NCBI GenBank assembly: GCA_019313735.1
Contig: JAFDAR010000008.1
Span: 1 to 28,815, forward strand
Length of the DNA stretch: 28,815 bases
Origin: Deltaproteobacteria bacterium
Lineage (GTDB): Bacteria; Desulfobacterota; Syntrophia; Syntrophales; UBA2210
Direction: 5' to 3'
Shown: positions 17,333 through 26,418 of the stretch, piece after piece
Layout: the number at the start of each line of letters is the position of its first letter
How positions within the stretch are numbered: the first letter of the stretch is position 1
The notes under the pieces: generated by a model
Databases searched by the model: none
The model's input: the letters and a program-made list of their open reading frames with translations, nothing else
What the model was told of the DNA's origin: nothing
Position numbers and translations under genes: made by a program

Positions 17333-18780
17333 ACGCAAGAAATATACTATATATCCTGGGGACCCTTATTCTGTTTCTGGGGCTTACCATGCTTTTCCCT
17401 CTGTTTTGCTCTCTTTACTACGGAGAGGGCGATTTCAGCGCCTTTGTCTACTCATTATTAATAACCTCCAGCATTGGCGCGCTGCTCTATTTTCTGTTCA
17501 GGCCGGTTAACGGAAAGATAAGCCTGACACACAAGGAAGGATTTCTCATTGTTGCCACGGGATGGTTCCTCGCCGCGGTATTTGGTTCTCTCCCCTATAT
17601 GATACAAGGTGTGCTGCCCCAGTTCGGCGATGCCTTCTTCGAATCCATATCAGGCTTCACCACTACAGGGGCCACTGTAATCACAAACATAGGAGATCTT
17701 CCCCATGGGATACTTCTCTGGCGCTCACTGACACAGTGGCTGGGGGGAATGGGGATCATTATACTATCCATCGCTATACTACCCCTTCTCGGAGTGGGGG
17801 GGATGCAGCTATATAAGGCGGAACTGCCCAGTCCCGTGAAAGACAAGATTACTCCACGCGTGGCAGAGACAGCGCGTACACTGTGGATAGTTTATATCAT
17901 CATCTCCATAGTTGAATTTATCATGCTGCTCACGGGGAAAATGGATGTATTCAACGCCATCTGCCATACATTCACCACGATGGCCACAGGCGGATTTTCC
18001 ACCAGCGACGCCGGCATCGCGCAGTTTAACAGCGCATACATAGATGGTATCATTACATTCTTCATGCTGGTCGCAGGAATAAATTTTACTCTTCACTACA
18101 GCCTTATCACAGGGAATTTCAAGGCCATCCTTAGAAACAGTGAACTGCGCCTGTACCTTGGGATTATTCTGACCGCCGTAATAATAGTAACCATCAGTCT
18201 GAAACAAAACTCAGTCTACGAAGCGGGGGGATATCTGCGGTATGCCTCATTCCAGGTGGTTTCCATACTGACGACTACAGGTTTTACCACCGCCAACTTT
18301 GATAACTGGCCGTCTCTGTCAAAGATCATTCTCCTGGTGCTGATGTTTATAGGCGGGTCAGCGGGTTCCACGGGCGGAGGCATGAAATGTCTCAGGATAC
18401 TCCTCATCTTGAAGTATATCTATAAAGAACTCTATGGACTTGTTCATCCTCACGCGGTAACCGCGGTAAAACTTGGCAAAAGGATAGTGTACCCAGAAAC
18501 CATGGCAAGCATATGGGGATTTTTCATGCTGTATCTTATGATGGCCGTTGTCGCGTCCATCATTCTGACCATGCTCGGTCTGGATATGATGACGGCATTT
18601 TCGTCCGTTGTCGCAACTATCGGGAATGTGGGTCCCGGATTCGGCGCTGTCAACCCCTCGGCAACCTACAGCGAGATACCCTACCTGGGCAAGTGGGTCC
18701 TTTCCTTCTGCATGCTTGCCGGGAGGCTTGAGATATACACGGTCATAATCCTGCTGATTCCCGAATTCTGGAAGAAATAA
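17329..18780 (+). CDS. trkH: Trk potassium uptake membrane subunit
   Basis: FFESISGFTTTGAT, QWLGGMG, ATGGFS, TTTGF, FIGGSAGSTGGGMK, GNVGPG, MLAGRLEI. Confidence 0.95.
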   Translation: MNARNILYILGTLILFLGLTMLFPLFCSLYYGEGDFSAFVYSLLITSSIGALLYFLFRPVNGKISLTHKEGFLIVATGWFLAAVFGSLPYMIQGVLPQFGDAFFESISGFTTTGATVITNIGDLPHGILLWRSLTQWLGGMGIIILSIAILPLLGVGGMQLYKAELPSPVKDKITPRVAETARTLWIVYIIISIVEFIMLLTGKMDVFNAICHTFTTMATGGFSTSDAGIAQFNSAYIDGIITFFMLVAGINFTLHYSLITGNFKAILRNSELRLYLGIILTAVIIVTISLKQNSVYEAGGYLRYASFQVVSILTTTGFTTANFDNWPSLSKIILLVLMFIGGSAGSTGGGMKCLRILLILKYIYKELYGLVHPHAVTAVKLGKRIVYPETMASIWGFFMLYLMMAVVASIILTMLGLDMMTAFSSVVATIGNVGPGFGAVNPSATYSEIPYLGKWVLSFCMLAGRLEIYTVIILLIPEFWKK

Positions 18781-18788
18781 GAGAAATC

Positions 18789-18901
18789 GTAACTACTTAT
18801 GTAGTCAGGCTGAAATCCCGATTCAAATCGGGAAAGGCTGAAGATACCCGAAAAACACGATTACCGCACTTTAAGCAGAGAAACGGCCAGGTTCGAGTTA
18901 C
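18789..18901. repeat. GTAACT-type intergenic repeat containing a mini-hairpin
   Basis: Starts gtaactacttatgtagtcagg (cf. gtaactactcacgtagtcagg at 19695), contains tcccgatt-ca-aatcggga (18816-18833), ends agttac. Confidence 0.5.
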
Positions 18902-18967
18902 TGTTGTTCCAAATGTGACGCTCTCGTAAAAAGTTTTTTCGGAGCGAATCCAAGCATTTTCAAGAGT

Positions 18968-18991
18968 GGGGACAGGTTTAAACCTGTCCCC
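18968..18991. repeat. perfect 24-bp palindrome between convergent genes
   Basis: ggggacaggtttaaacctgtcccc is its own reverse complement. Confidence 0.85.
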
Positions 18992-19007
18992 GATTATCCT
19001 GCTCGGG

Positions 19008-19634
19008 TTATTTAAAGAGCAGAATGCCGATGATTGACAGTATAACCCAGCGAAAAAAATCGATTAGGGGATTCAGAACACCGAAGTAGAGCAAGCCGAT
19101 TATAATAAAAAAACCGTAGGGCTCAAGCCGTGAAAGCGCGTACTGAAAACGATGAGATAAAAATCCCATAAGAATCTTAGAGCCGTCAAGGGGCGGGATC
19201 GGGATCAGGTTAAACGCCGCCAGTATGATATTGATCTGGGCCATATAGTAAAGCATCATCCCCGTGGGGCTATGCTCAGATGGTGACAGAAATTGCAGCA
19301 GGAAAATAGCAACAAAAGCAAGCATCATGTTGACGACAATTCCTGCTGAGGAAACAAATATCAACCCTTTCCGACTTTCACGCAGATTGGCAAAATTTAC
19401 GGGAACCGGTCGCGCCCATCCGAAGCCGAAGATAAACAGCATGAGCGTCCCAACCGGGTCGAGATGCTTCAGCGGATTGAGGCTCAACCTGCCCATCTCC
19501 TTGGCGGTGGGATCTCCCATTCTGTAGGCAACCCATCCATGGCCCAGCTCATGAAGGATAACCGAGTACAAAAGCGGTACAGCTATCAAAATAAAGGTCA
19601 GAGGATCTTTAATTAAAAGATTGATCAATCCCAT
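19008..19634 (-). CDS. site-2 protease (peptidase M50) family membrane metalloprotease
   Basis: LHELGHG (HExxH), GDPTAK..GRLSLNP..HLDP, FGWARPVP, AAFNLIPIPPLDGSKI. Confidence 0.94.
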   Translation of the reverse strand: MGLINLLIKDPLTFILIAVPLLYSVILHELGHGWVAYRMGDPTAKEMGRLSLNPLKHLDPVGTLMLFIFGFGWARPVPVNFANLRESRKGLIFVSSAGIVVNMMLAFVAIFLLQFLSPSEHSPTGMMLYYMAQINIILAAFNLIPIPPLDGSKILMGFLSHRFQYALSRLEPYGFFIIIGLLYFGVLNPLIDFFRWVILSIIGILLFK

Positions 19635-19694
19635 CTATTCACATCCTCCTTCCAGTATGTTGTCCTGTCAACCACGCTCAATATAAGAATGTTG

Positions 19695-19733
19695 GTAACT
19701 ACTCACGTAGTCAGGTTGTCCCGACAAGTCGGA
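19695..19733. repeat. GTAACT-type repeat end plus TCCCGAC mini-hairpin
   Basis: gtaactactcacgtagtcaggttg-tcccgac-aa-gtcgga. Confidence 0.55.
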
Positions 19734-19883
19734 ATTAGACTAAAGGCCAAAGAGACCGTTAATAGAAAATGGGCTGGGTATCGCGAATAGAGATGGTTTC
19801 TCGGCAACTGAGGGCTCAGCTAAAGCCGGTTTTACACCCCGGGGATCTCGTATGATTCGATCCGGTCGAACCTCCGTGTTCTT

Positions 19884-21524
19884 CTATGCCGCGTACTTGC
19901 GCACGAATTCTTCCACCAGTTTGAATTTTTGAACCTTGCCGCTGGCGGTCATGGGAAAGTCGGTAACAAACTCCCAGTAGCGGGGTATTTTGTGGCGGGC
20001 AATTTTGCCCTGGCAGTAGGCCACCAGATCATCCTCGCATGCAGTCTGTCCCTCGTTCAGCTTGATCACAGCCAGTAGCTGTTCCCCGTATTTCTTGTCG
20101 GGAATCCCTACGATATAAATGTCGTTGATCTTTTCATAGCCGTGGAGAAACTCCTCGATCTCGCGTGGATAGATATTTTCGCCGCCCCTGATGATCATCT
20201 CCTTGATACGACCGGTAACCTTGAAATAGCCGGCCTCATCCACAATGCCCAGATCACCCGTGTGCAGCCAGCCTTCAGCATCGATGGTATCCCGTGTAGC
20301 CTCTTCCATCTTGTAGTAGCCCTTCATCACGCAGGCGCTGCGCGTGACTATTTCACCCTGGGTATTCGGCGGCATGGTTTCACCGCTGTCCGGGTTCACA
20401 ACGCGGCCTTCAATGCCGGGGAGCAGACGTCCCACCGTCGACACCCGCAGCTCAACCGGATCGTCGCGCCGGGTCATGGTCATGACCGGCGAAACCTCGG
20501 TTTGACCAAAGGCGATCACCACCTCGGGGCAGTGCATGCGCTTGCGAACCTGGTCCATTGTTTCCACCGGACAGGGCGCCCCGGCCATGATACCGGTCCG
20601 AAGCGACGACATGTCATAGTTGTCGAAATCCTCGTGGTTGAGCATGGCGATGAACATAGTGGGCACACCGTTTATGGCAGTGCAGTGCTCCTGTTCGATA
20701 TACTGGAGAGCCTCGAGGGGGCTGAAGTATTCGAGCACAACCATGGTAGAGCCGTGATAGACGCTGTTGAGTGTGCTCATTACGCAACCGAAACAGTGAA
20801 ACAACGGCACCTGGATCAACAGGCGGTCATCCGGGGTCAGGCCCATCACATCGCCTACCATGCGGGCATTATTTACGATATTGTAGTGGGTGAGCATGAC
20901 TCCCTTGGGAAAACCTGTGGTACCGGAGGTGTACTGCATATTGATGGTGTCGTGGACATCCAGAGAGACCATGCGCCGGTCCAGATCCTGGTCGCTGATG
21001 TTGGCCCCCAACGCGACCACGTCGGCAAAGGAATTCATGCCCGGAGTCTCGGTGCGCTCTCCGATATAGACAATATTTTTCAGCTTCGGAAGTTTCTCAG
21101 ACTGAAGCATCCCCGGGGAACAGGAATCCAGCTCGGGAAGCACAGTCCGGATGATCTCGTAGAAGTTCGCGTCGCGATATTGTTCCATAAACACCAGAGT
21201 GATTGAGTCGGACTGGCGCAGGATATATTCAAGTTCGCTCGATTTATAGCTTGTGTTTACGGTGACGAGCACCGCGCCGATCATACTGAGCCCGAATTGC
21301 ATATAGACCCATTCCGGCAGGTTAGTTGTCCAGACCGAAACAGGATCACCTCGCTTGATCCCAAGGGCCATGAATCCCTTGGCCACTGAGCGGCAATGAG
21401 CATATAACTCGGCGTAAGTTAGTCGAATTGAACTCTGGGGATAGATCAGTCCATCTGCTTCTGGTTGCCGCTGCGCTGTGTCTTTTAACAAGTCTCCGAT
21501 GGTTGACTCTTTAAATCCTGTCAT
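19884..21524 (-). CDS. AMP-binding acyl-CoA synthetase (fatty-acid/aromatic CoA ligase family)
   Basis: MQYTSGTTGFPKG, VPLFHCFG, FGQTE, GWLHTGDLG, GRIKEMIIRGGENIYP, TASGKVQK. ATG at 21524 after an AAGGA RBS. Confidence 0.93.
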   Translation of the reverse strand: MTGFKESTIGDLLKDTAQRQPEADGLIYPQSSIRLTYAELYAHCRSVAKGFMALGIKRGDPVSVWTTNLPEWVYMQFGLSMIGAVLVTVNTSYKSSELEYILRQSDSITLVFMEQYRDANFYEIIRTVLPELDSCSPGMLQSEKLPKLKNIVYIGERTETPGMNSFADVVALGANISDQDLDRRMVSLDVHDTINMQYTSGTTGFPKGVMLTHYNIVNNARMVGDVMGLTPDDRLLIQVPLFHCFGCVMSTLNSVYHGSTMVVLEYFSPLEALQYIEQEHCTAINGVPTMFIAMLNHEDFDNYDMSSLRTGIMAGAPCPVETMDQVRKRMHCPEVVIAFGQTEVSPVMTMTRRDDPVELRVSTVGRLLPGIEGRVVNPDSGETMPPNTQGEIVTRSACVMKGYYKMEEATRDTIDAEGWLHTGDLGIVDEAGYFKVTGRIKEMIIRGGENIYPREIEEFLHGYEKINDIYIVGIPDKKYGEQLLAVIKLNEGQTACEDDLVAYCQGKIARHKIPRYWEFVTDFPMTASGKVQKFKLVEEFVRKYAA

Positions 21525-21678
21525 GTTGAGATTCCTTTCTTGAATTGATATCTTCCTTTTCACTTGGTGTGTTCAATGATCAGGACACGCTATACAATCA
21601 AAAGATATATCACAAGATTTATTTTACCGTTCAGGCCTGGCTATCTGTCCAGATATCTCTGTGTCCCAGCGCCGGTAC

Positions 21679-22602
21679 CTATTCACGGGCCTTCAAGGCC
21701 GCGTAAATCCTCTTGTGAGTGGTAGCGGGCAGGCCCAGTCTTTCGGCCTCACGGACTATGAATTCGACAAAAGTTTCTATTTCCGTTCGCTTTCCCTTTT
21801 CAAAATCCATCTGTAGTGATGTTTTAGCCTCATAGGGAAAGGCCCTGGCCTTCTCGATGGTTGATTTCTTGATGTCCTCAGGAAAATCTACACCATATGC
21901 CCCGGCAAGAGCCAACAGTTCCTCAAGGAGGCTGTCCATGAGTTTCATGCCCTCCCTGTCCTCCAGAAGCCCTCCTATGGTGGTGTTAAGAAAGGTCGTC
22001 GCGTTCGCTAGAGGAGAAACAAAGAGGTATTTCTCCCACGCGATATTGTTGATATCGGTTCTGTACCACGCGTCGATATCCGCTTTCCGGAATATATTCT
22101 CTATACGTGTCCCGTCAGCTTCGTCATTCGTTTCACTCCCGAAGAACATCTTGCATGAACCACCGGTCTGCTGACAAACGCCGGGCCGCACGATATGAGA
22201 CCCGATATACACACACCCGTTCCATATCCTGCCCTTATCGAGAACTGACTTCAATTTCTCCGCGTTATCCACCCCGTTCAGCACGGAAATGACGACGGTG
22301 TTTTTACCTGTGTTGGGAGCGAGCAGTTGCGCGCTTTCAGTGAGATCATAGCCCTTGACGCACAGGAGGATGATATCGAATATACCGCAGTCCGACGGGC
22401 TGTCGGTTGCCAGATCGGGCCTGGCTGTGAAATCTCCCGTTGCTGCGCTCATCACCTGCAGTCCGTCTGCCTTTATAGCCGCCAGGTGTGGCCCTCGCGC
22501 TATGAAAACAACTTCAACATTTTCATCACCGGCATAACCTTTTGCCAGCATGCCTCCATAATAACCGCCTACACCGCCTATTCCCATTATTGCTATCTTC
22601 AT
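21679..22602 (-). CDS. panE: 2-dehydropantoate 2-reductase (ketopantoate reductase) family
   Basis: MKIAIMGIGGVGG, LCVKGY, LNGVDN, WEKY, TSLQMDF..GKRTEIE. Start taken at ATG 22602. Confidence 0.88.
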   Translation of the reverse strand: MKIAIMGIGGVGGYYGGMLAKGYAGDENVEVVFIARGPHLAAIKADGLQVMSAATGDFTARPDLATDSPSDCGIFDIILLCVKGYDLTESAQLLAPNTGKNTVVISVLNGVDNAEKLKSVLDKGRIWNGCVYIGSHIVRPGVCQQTGGSCKMFFGSETNDEADGTRIENIFRKADIDAWYRTDINNIAWEKYLFVSPLANATTFLNTTIGGLLEDREGMKLMDSLLEELLALAGAYGVDFPEDIKKSTIEKARAFPYEAKTSLQMDFEKGKRTEIETFVEFIVREAERLGLPATTHKRIYAALKARE

Positions 22603-22620
22603 CTGAATATCTCCTTTTAC

Positions 22621-22647
22621 GCGTTCCCGCTCAGAGCACGGGAGCGA
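22621..22647. repeat. degenerate REP-like hairpin (GCGTTCCCACGCAGAGCGTGGGAAC type)
   Basis: gcgttcccgctcagagcacgggagcga in the CGGC-panE spacer. Confidence 0.4.
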
Positions 22648-22742
22648 AGTGAAGATTTCTCCGGCTCCACGCTGCGCGAACACTTTCCATTATTATCCCG
22701 ACACGTCGGAACAATGAAGGTTTTAACGGGACTTGCCTCGCA

Positions 22743-23195
22743 TTAATCATAGGCCAGGCGAAGCTTTTCATCCATCAGTGTCAGCTGAATGATCTGTTTC
22801 CACTCAGGATTATTCCATGTCCCCAGTTTATCATGCATAATGAGGTATTTTTGAGGTATGGGATGGGTGCCATAGACCACTTCAACGCCGCATCTCTTTT
22901 CGATAAAATCATGAAAATAGGTGATATAAGGACACGGTGGATATCCCACAATCAGTCCGGTGGCAAGGTGTATCACGCTTGCCCCGTTTCTCGTCATTTC
23001 ATCCACGGCATATTCGACATTTCCCCCGGGACATCCGTCGCAGGTAGTATAACCGACGGCCTCAACTTCCATATTCCTGTACCGGCTGAAAGCGCCCTCT
23101 CTGTTTCGCAGTGCCCTGAAACATTTTCCGCCAGCGCATCTGCGGTAACGGTCACAGATGATTATTCCGATCTTGATTTTTTCACCCATTTTCAT
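22743..23195 (-). CDS. CGGC-domain protein (putative metal/Fe-S binding)
   Basis: KIGIIIC...CAGGKC...REGAF...YTTCDGCPG...IHLATG...YPPCP...VVYGTH. Confidence 0.88.
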   Translation of the reverse strand: MKMGEKIKIGIIICDRYRRCAGGKCFRALRNREGAFSRYRNMEVEAVGYTTCDGCPGGNVEYAVDEMTRNGASVIHLATGLIVGYPPCPYITYFHDFIEKRCGVEVVYGTHPIPQKYLIMHDKLGTWNNPEWKQIIQLTLMDEKLRLAYD

Positions 23196-24301
23196 GCTAC
23201 CTCCTCATCTTTTTTTACCACGCAATATATCCCCTTGCCTTCAAGCCCTGGACTGAAACACAGATTGTCTGATTTGCACTGCGCTTTTCGGAGATCCCCG
23301 GCCTTCCAGCGATTGATCAGGTCTGGTTCTCTGATTAAAGGGCGACTCATGGAGATATAATCCGCCACCCCGTCTTCCACAAGTTGTTCGGCGACTTCAA
23401 TGGACCGCATGCCGCCGACCAGGATCAATGGAATGTCTATCTCTTTTTTGAAGGCGCTCGCCTCTTCCCTGAAGTAGGCCTCTCTGTCCTGAGAATTGAT
23501 CTTTGATCGGCTGGGAGACAGCCTGCCGCTTGTAAGCATGCCTCCGCTCAGCTCAATCGCGTCGAGACCGGCACCGGCCAGCAGACGCGTGACTTGAAGA
23601 GATTCCTCCAGCTCCAGCCCGTTCTCCACGAAATCCCGGCAGTTCATCTTGATCAATACCGGATAGTCTTTGCCCACAGCCTCTCTGACTGCGTGGCACA
23701 CTTCGAAATGAATCCGGGCCCGGTTGTGAATACTTCCTCCATATTCATCCCGGCGTTTGTTAAATGCGGGGGAGAGAAACTGACTTAGCAGATAGCCATG
23801 GGCGGAATGAATCTGAACCCCGTCAAAGCCTGCTGATCCGGCCCTCCGGGCCGCGGCGGAAAAGCCCTCAACAATTTCCCTGATATCCAGCGCCGTTATT
23901 TCCTTTCGCGGTGATTCTGCCGGCAACCCATCGAAGTCTGAAACAACCAGAGGAGGCTGTCTGGTTAATTGCGCGGATGTAAAACAACCGGCATGGGCCA
24001 GTTGGGCTATGATCCTGCCGCCACACGCGTGAACCGCGGCGGTCATCTCCTGAAGTCCGGGGACGAGTTCATCGGTGTAGATGCCAAGCTGCCAGGGGCT
24101 TGCCTTACCCTCCGGCCGGACATACGCGTGACCGCCTATAATCAGGCCCACGCCACCTCTGGCCAGGGCGGCCATTGTCTCAATCAGTTTCGGTGTGACA
24201 GCCCCATCATCGGCGGCCATTCCTTCCCACGTCGCCGATCGAACGAATCGATTCGGCAAATTCATGCCATTTATCGCGCTGTCTTCAAAAAGTTTGCTCA
24301 T
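23192..24301 (-). CDS. NADH:flavin oxidoreductase (old yellow enzyme family)
   Basis: LPNRFVRSATWE, GGVGLII.G, QLAHAG, GFDGVQIHSAHGYLLSQFLSP..N.R.DEYGG, SRPLIREP. The real start is probably ATG 24301 (MSKLFE), not track start 24418. Confidence 0.92.
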   Translation of the reverse strand: MSKLFEDSAINGMNLPNRFVRSATWEGMAADDGAVTPKLIETMAALARGGVGLIIGGHAYVRPEGKASPWQLGIYTDELVPGLQEMTAAVHACGGRIIAQLAHAGCFTSAQLTRQPPLVVSDFDGLPAESPRKEITALDIREIVEGFSAAARRAGSAGFDGVQIHSAHGYLLSQFLSPAFNKRRDEYGGSIHNRARIHFEVCHAVREAVGKDYPVLIKMNCRDFVENGLELEESLQVTRLLAGAGLDAIELSGGMLTSGRLSPSRSKINSQDREAYFREEASAFKKEIDIPLILVGGMRSIEVAEQLVEDGVADYISMSRPLIREPDLINRWKAGDLRKAQCKSDNLCFSPGLEGKGIYCVVKKDEEVA

Positions 24302-24341
24302 ATCTTTCCTCAACGGTCCCGGGCTGTAAAATTTATGGTTA

Positions 24342-24362
24342 TTCTCCAATTTAGTTGGAGAA
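24342..24362. promoter_or_regulatory. candidate operator palindrome
   Basis: ttctccaa-tttag-ttggagaa, 40 nt upstream of the oxidoreductase start in a divergent intergenic region. Confidence 0.35.
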
Positions 24363-24596
24363 GATGGTCCAAGGATTTGGTTTCTAATGTAATCCAGGAT
24401 TGTCTTTCTTCCTTTCACTCGACCCTTGAACCCTCTAATATTAATTGTAGATAGCGCACTTATTTTGTCTTAATTAACTGCAACTAATCGAGAGATGATT
24501 TAAATATATATTGTAAGTTTGACCCCAGTTTTACTTTCGTGGTAAGCAAAGTCAAGGAAAAGATGGTATTAATAATCAAGGAGGCATGGTTAACCT

Positions 24597-25549
24597 GTGA
24601 GAAATATATTACGGTTCGTACTTCTCGGAACCCTCTGTCTTGTATTGGGGGGCTGTGGCTTATTCATAAAACATATTCCTCAGGGCCAGATCATGTATCC
24701 AACCCCGATGGATCATTTTATCAAGGTTGGGGATGTGAATTTTCACTACCGGGAATATCCCGGAAAGGGTGAGGATGTATTCCTCCTCCACGGTTTTGCC
24801 TCCTCCACTTATACATGGGAGGGTGTGGCGCCATGTCTTCAGAAGCGGGGCTATCATGTCTGGGCGCTTGATATGAAGGGTTTCGGGTGGTCCGATAAGC
24901 CGGAGGGAGCGAAGTATGACCCCATCACCCTCATGGAAGAAGTTAATCAGTGGATGGATGTGATGGGTATCGAGGATGTAACATTTGTAGGTAATTCACT
25001 TGGAGGTGCTATCGCGGTGGTCATGGCCATTGAACACCCCGAGAGGATAGGGCGCATGATTCTGATAGACGCGGCCTCTTACAACCAGACAGAGAGGCCT
25101 CTTATTGTAAGGATGGCAGGCCTGCCGTTTTCACGCGGCTTCGCGAAACTCTTCTTTGGCCGCTGGGCAAGGTATTCTATCATCCTGACCGCGTGACAGA
25201 AGAAAAGGTAGACGCTTACTATAAGAGAATGTGCACCCACGGCGCGCTGGATGCCCAGACATCAGTGGCAATGTCCCTGGACTTTGGCATATTCGAAAAA
25301 TATACAAGACGCATACCTGAGATAAAAGCGAAGACCTTGATCATATGGGGGAGGGAGGATAAGTGGATACCCCTTAAAAACGGTCTCAGATTCAGGAAAG
25401 AGATTGCCGACTCCACTATTGTGGTGATTCCTGAGTGCGGTCATATACCGCAGGAGGAATATCCTGAGAAAACCGCGGGACTGATAGCCGATTTTATGCA
25501 GAACAAACCTGTCGATGATTCGGGCATACCGGTGGGTAAAAACAAGTGA
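24597..25549 (+). pseudogene. alpha/beta hydrolase (lipoprotein) with deletion and frameshift
   Basis: Lipobox LGGC, LLHGFAS, DMKGFGWS, nucleophile GNSLGG. The frame breaks after FFGRWA (~25170) and resumes VFYHPDRVTEE...IIWGRED...CGHIPQEE. Confidence 0.88.
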
Positions 25550-25573
25550 ACTCCCGTTCCTCCGCAGGAGTGA

Positions 25574-26298
25574 TTACACTGTCATGGTCTCAAAGGGACG
25601 AATCATTCGTATTTCAGCCCCGGGTGCACTTCCGGATACCCGCTTGAGAAACCCCGGCATATCCTATAGTGAAAGGGGATGATGACCTTTGGCTGCAATA
25701 TCTCCGGAAGGCGGTTGCAATATTCAGGGATCTTCGTCCACCCCGGAACGCACATGAATAGAACATCGCAGCGATGCCCCTCGACCTCCGACTCTATAAA
25801 ATTCGCGCTTCCGGCGTGCATGAAGACAACCCCTCCCATCTCCAGCTTCGGCATATAGACATCGCCGAGCCTGTAGTCACTAGCCTTCATCGGCAGACGG
25901 TTTTCAGGGTTGATCTCGCCGGTATAGGGTACTTTCCCGAAAAGAACCAGGCCATGCCTTGACCGGATCATGGTAACCGCCGCGCCCCCCGGCAGCTCAA
26001 CCCGCTCACCCCCTTTGCACACGGTAACAATGCCGGGTTTCCCATACATGGCCATGAGCGTCTCAAGGCTGTTACTCCCAATCAGCGGACATTCAAGGCG
26101 CTTTGCGAATTCAGGAATGTCCGATAATCTGCCCGGCAGCCTCTCGAGATAGCGGTCTATCACGTCTGGCTTCGGCTTTGGGCGGCCAAAGAAGGATTCG
26201 AACTTTCCGGGTCTCGAATGGTAGGGGTCTATCAATACGGTTTTCCCGCCTTCAGTAAACTCAACCCCCGCGGCGCCGGTCCAGCGAATTTTTACCAT
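25574..26298 (-). pseudogene. MBL-fold metallo-hydrolase lacking its HxHxDH motif, C-terminal frameshift
   Basis: IRWTGAAG...VLIDPY...HAGSA...VIIPFHY. The sequence jumps from LPGRLS to DIPEF at ~26121 where HxHxDH is expected. A second break at ~25665; the tail DMPGFLKRVSGSAPGAEIRMIRPFETMTV* is in another frame. Confidence 0.78.
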
Positions 26299-26326
26299 GA
26301 ATGCACCTCCAACTGATTTTTTCAGT

Positions 26327-26418
26327 GTAACTCAGGTAGATAGGCTGTAGGCTGAAGTCATTAAAATTATAATACCAAAAAACTAACAGCCTTCAGCCTG
26401 ATCCCGACTTGTCGGGAT
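26327..26418. repeat. GTAACT/AGGCTGAAG-type repeat plus TCCCGAC mini-hairpin
   Basis: gtaactcaggtagataggctgtaggctgaag...cagccttcagcctg-atcccgac-tt-gtcgggat, abutting the radical SAM stop. Confidence 0.5.

Noticed and set aside
20142-21206. 354-aa plus-strand ORF
   Set aside because: Antisense shadow of the acyl-CoA synthetase; no recognisable motifs.
21570-21600. gtgttc...ggacac weak dyad upstream of the acyl-CoA synthetase
   Set aside because: Short and imperfect; indistinguishable from chance.
24302-24418. N-terminal extension of the flavin oxidoreductase ORF
   Set aside because: Family similarity starts at MSKLFE (24301); the extension crosses AT-rich promoter-like DNA.
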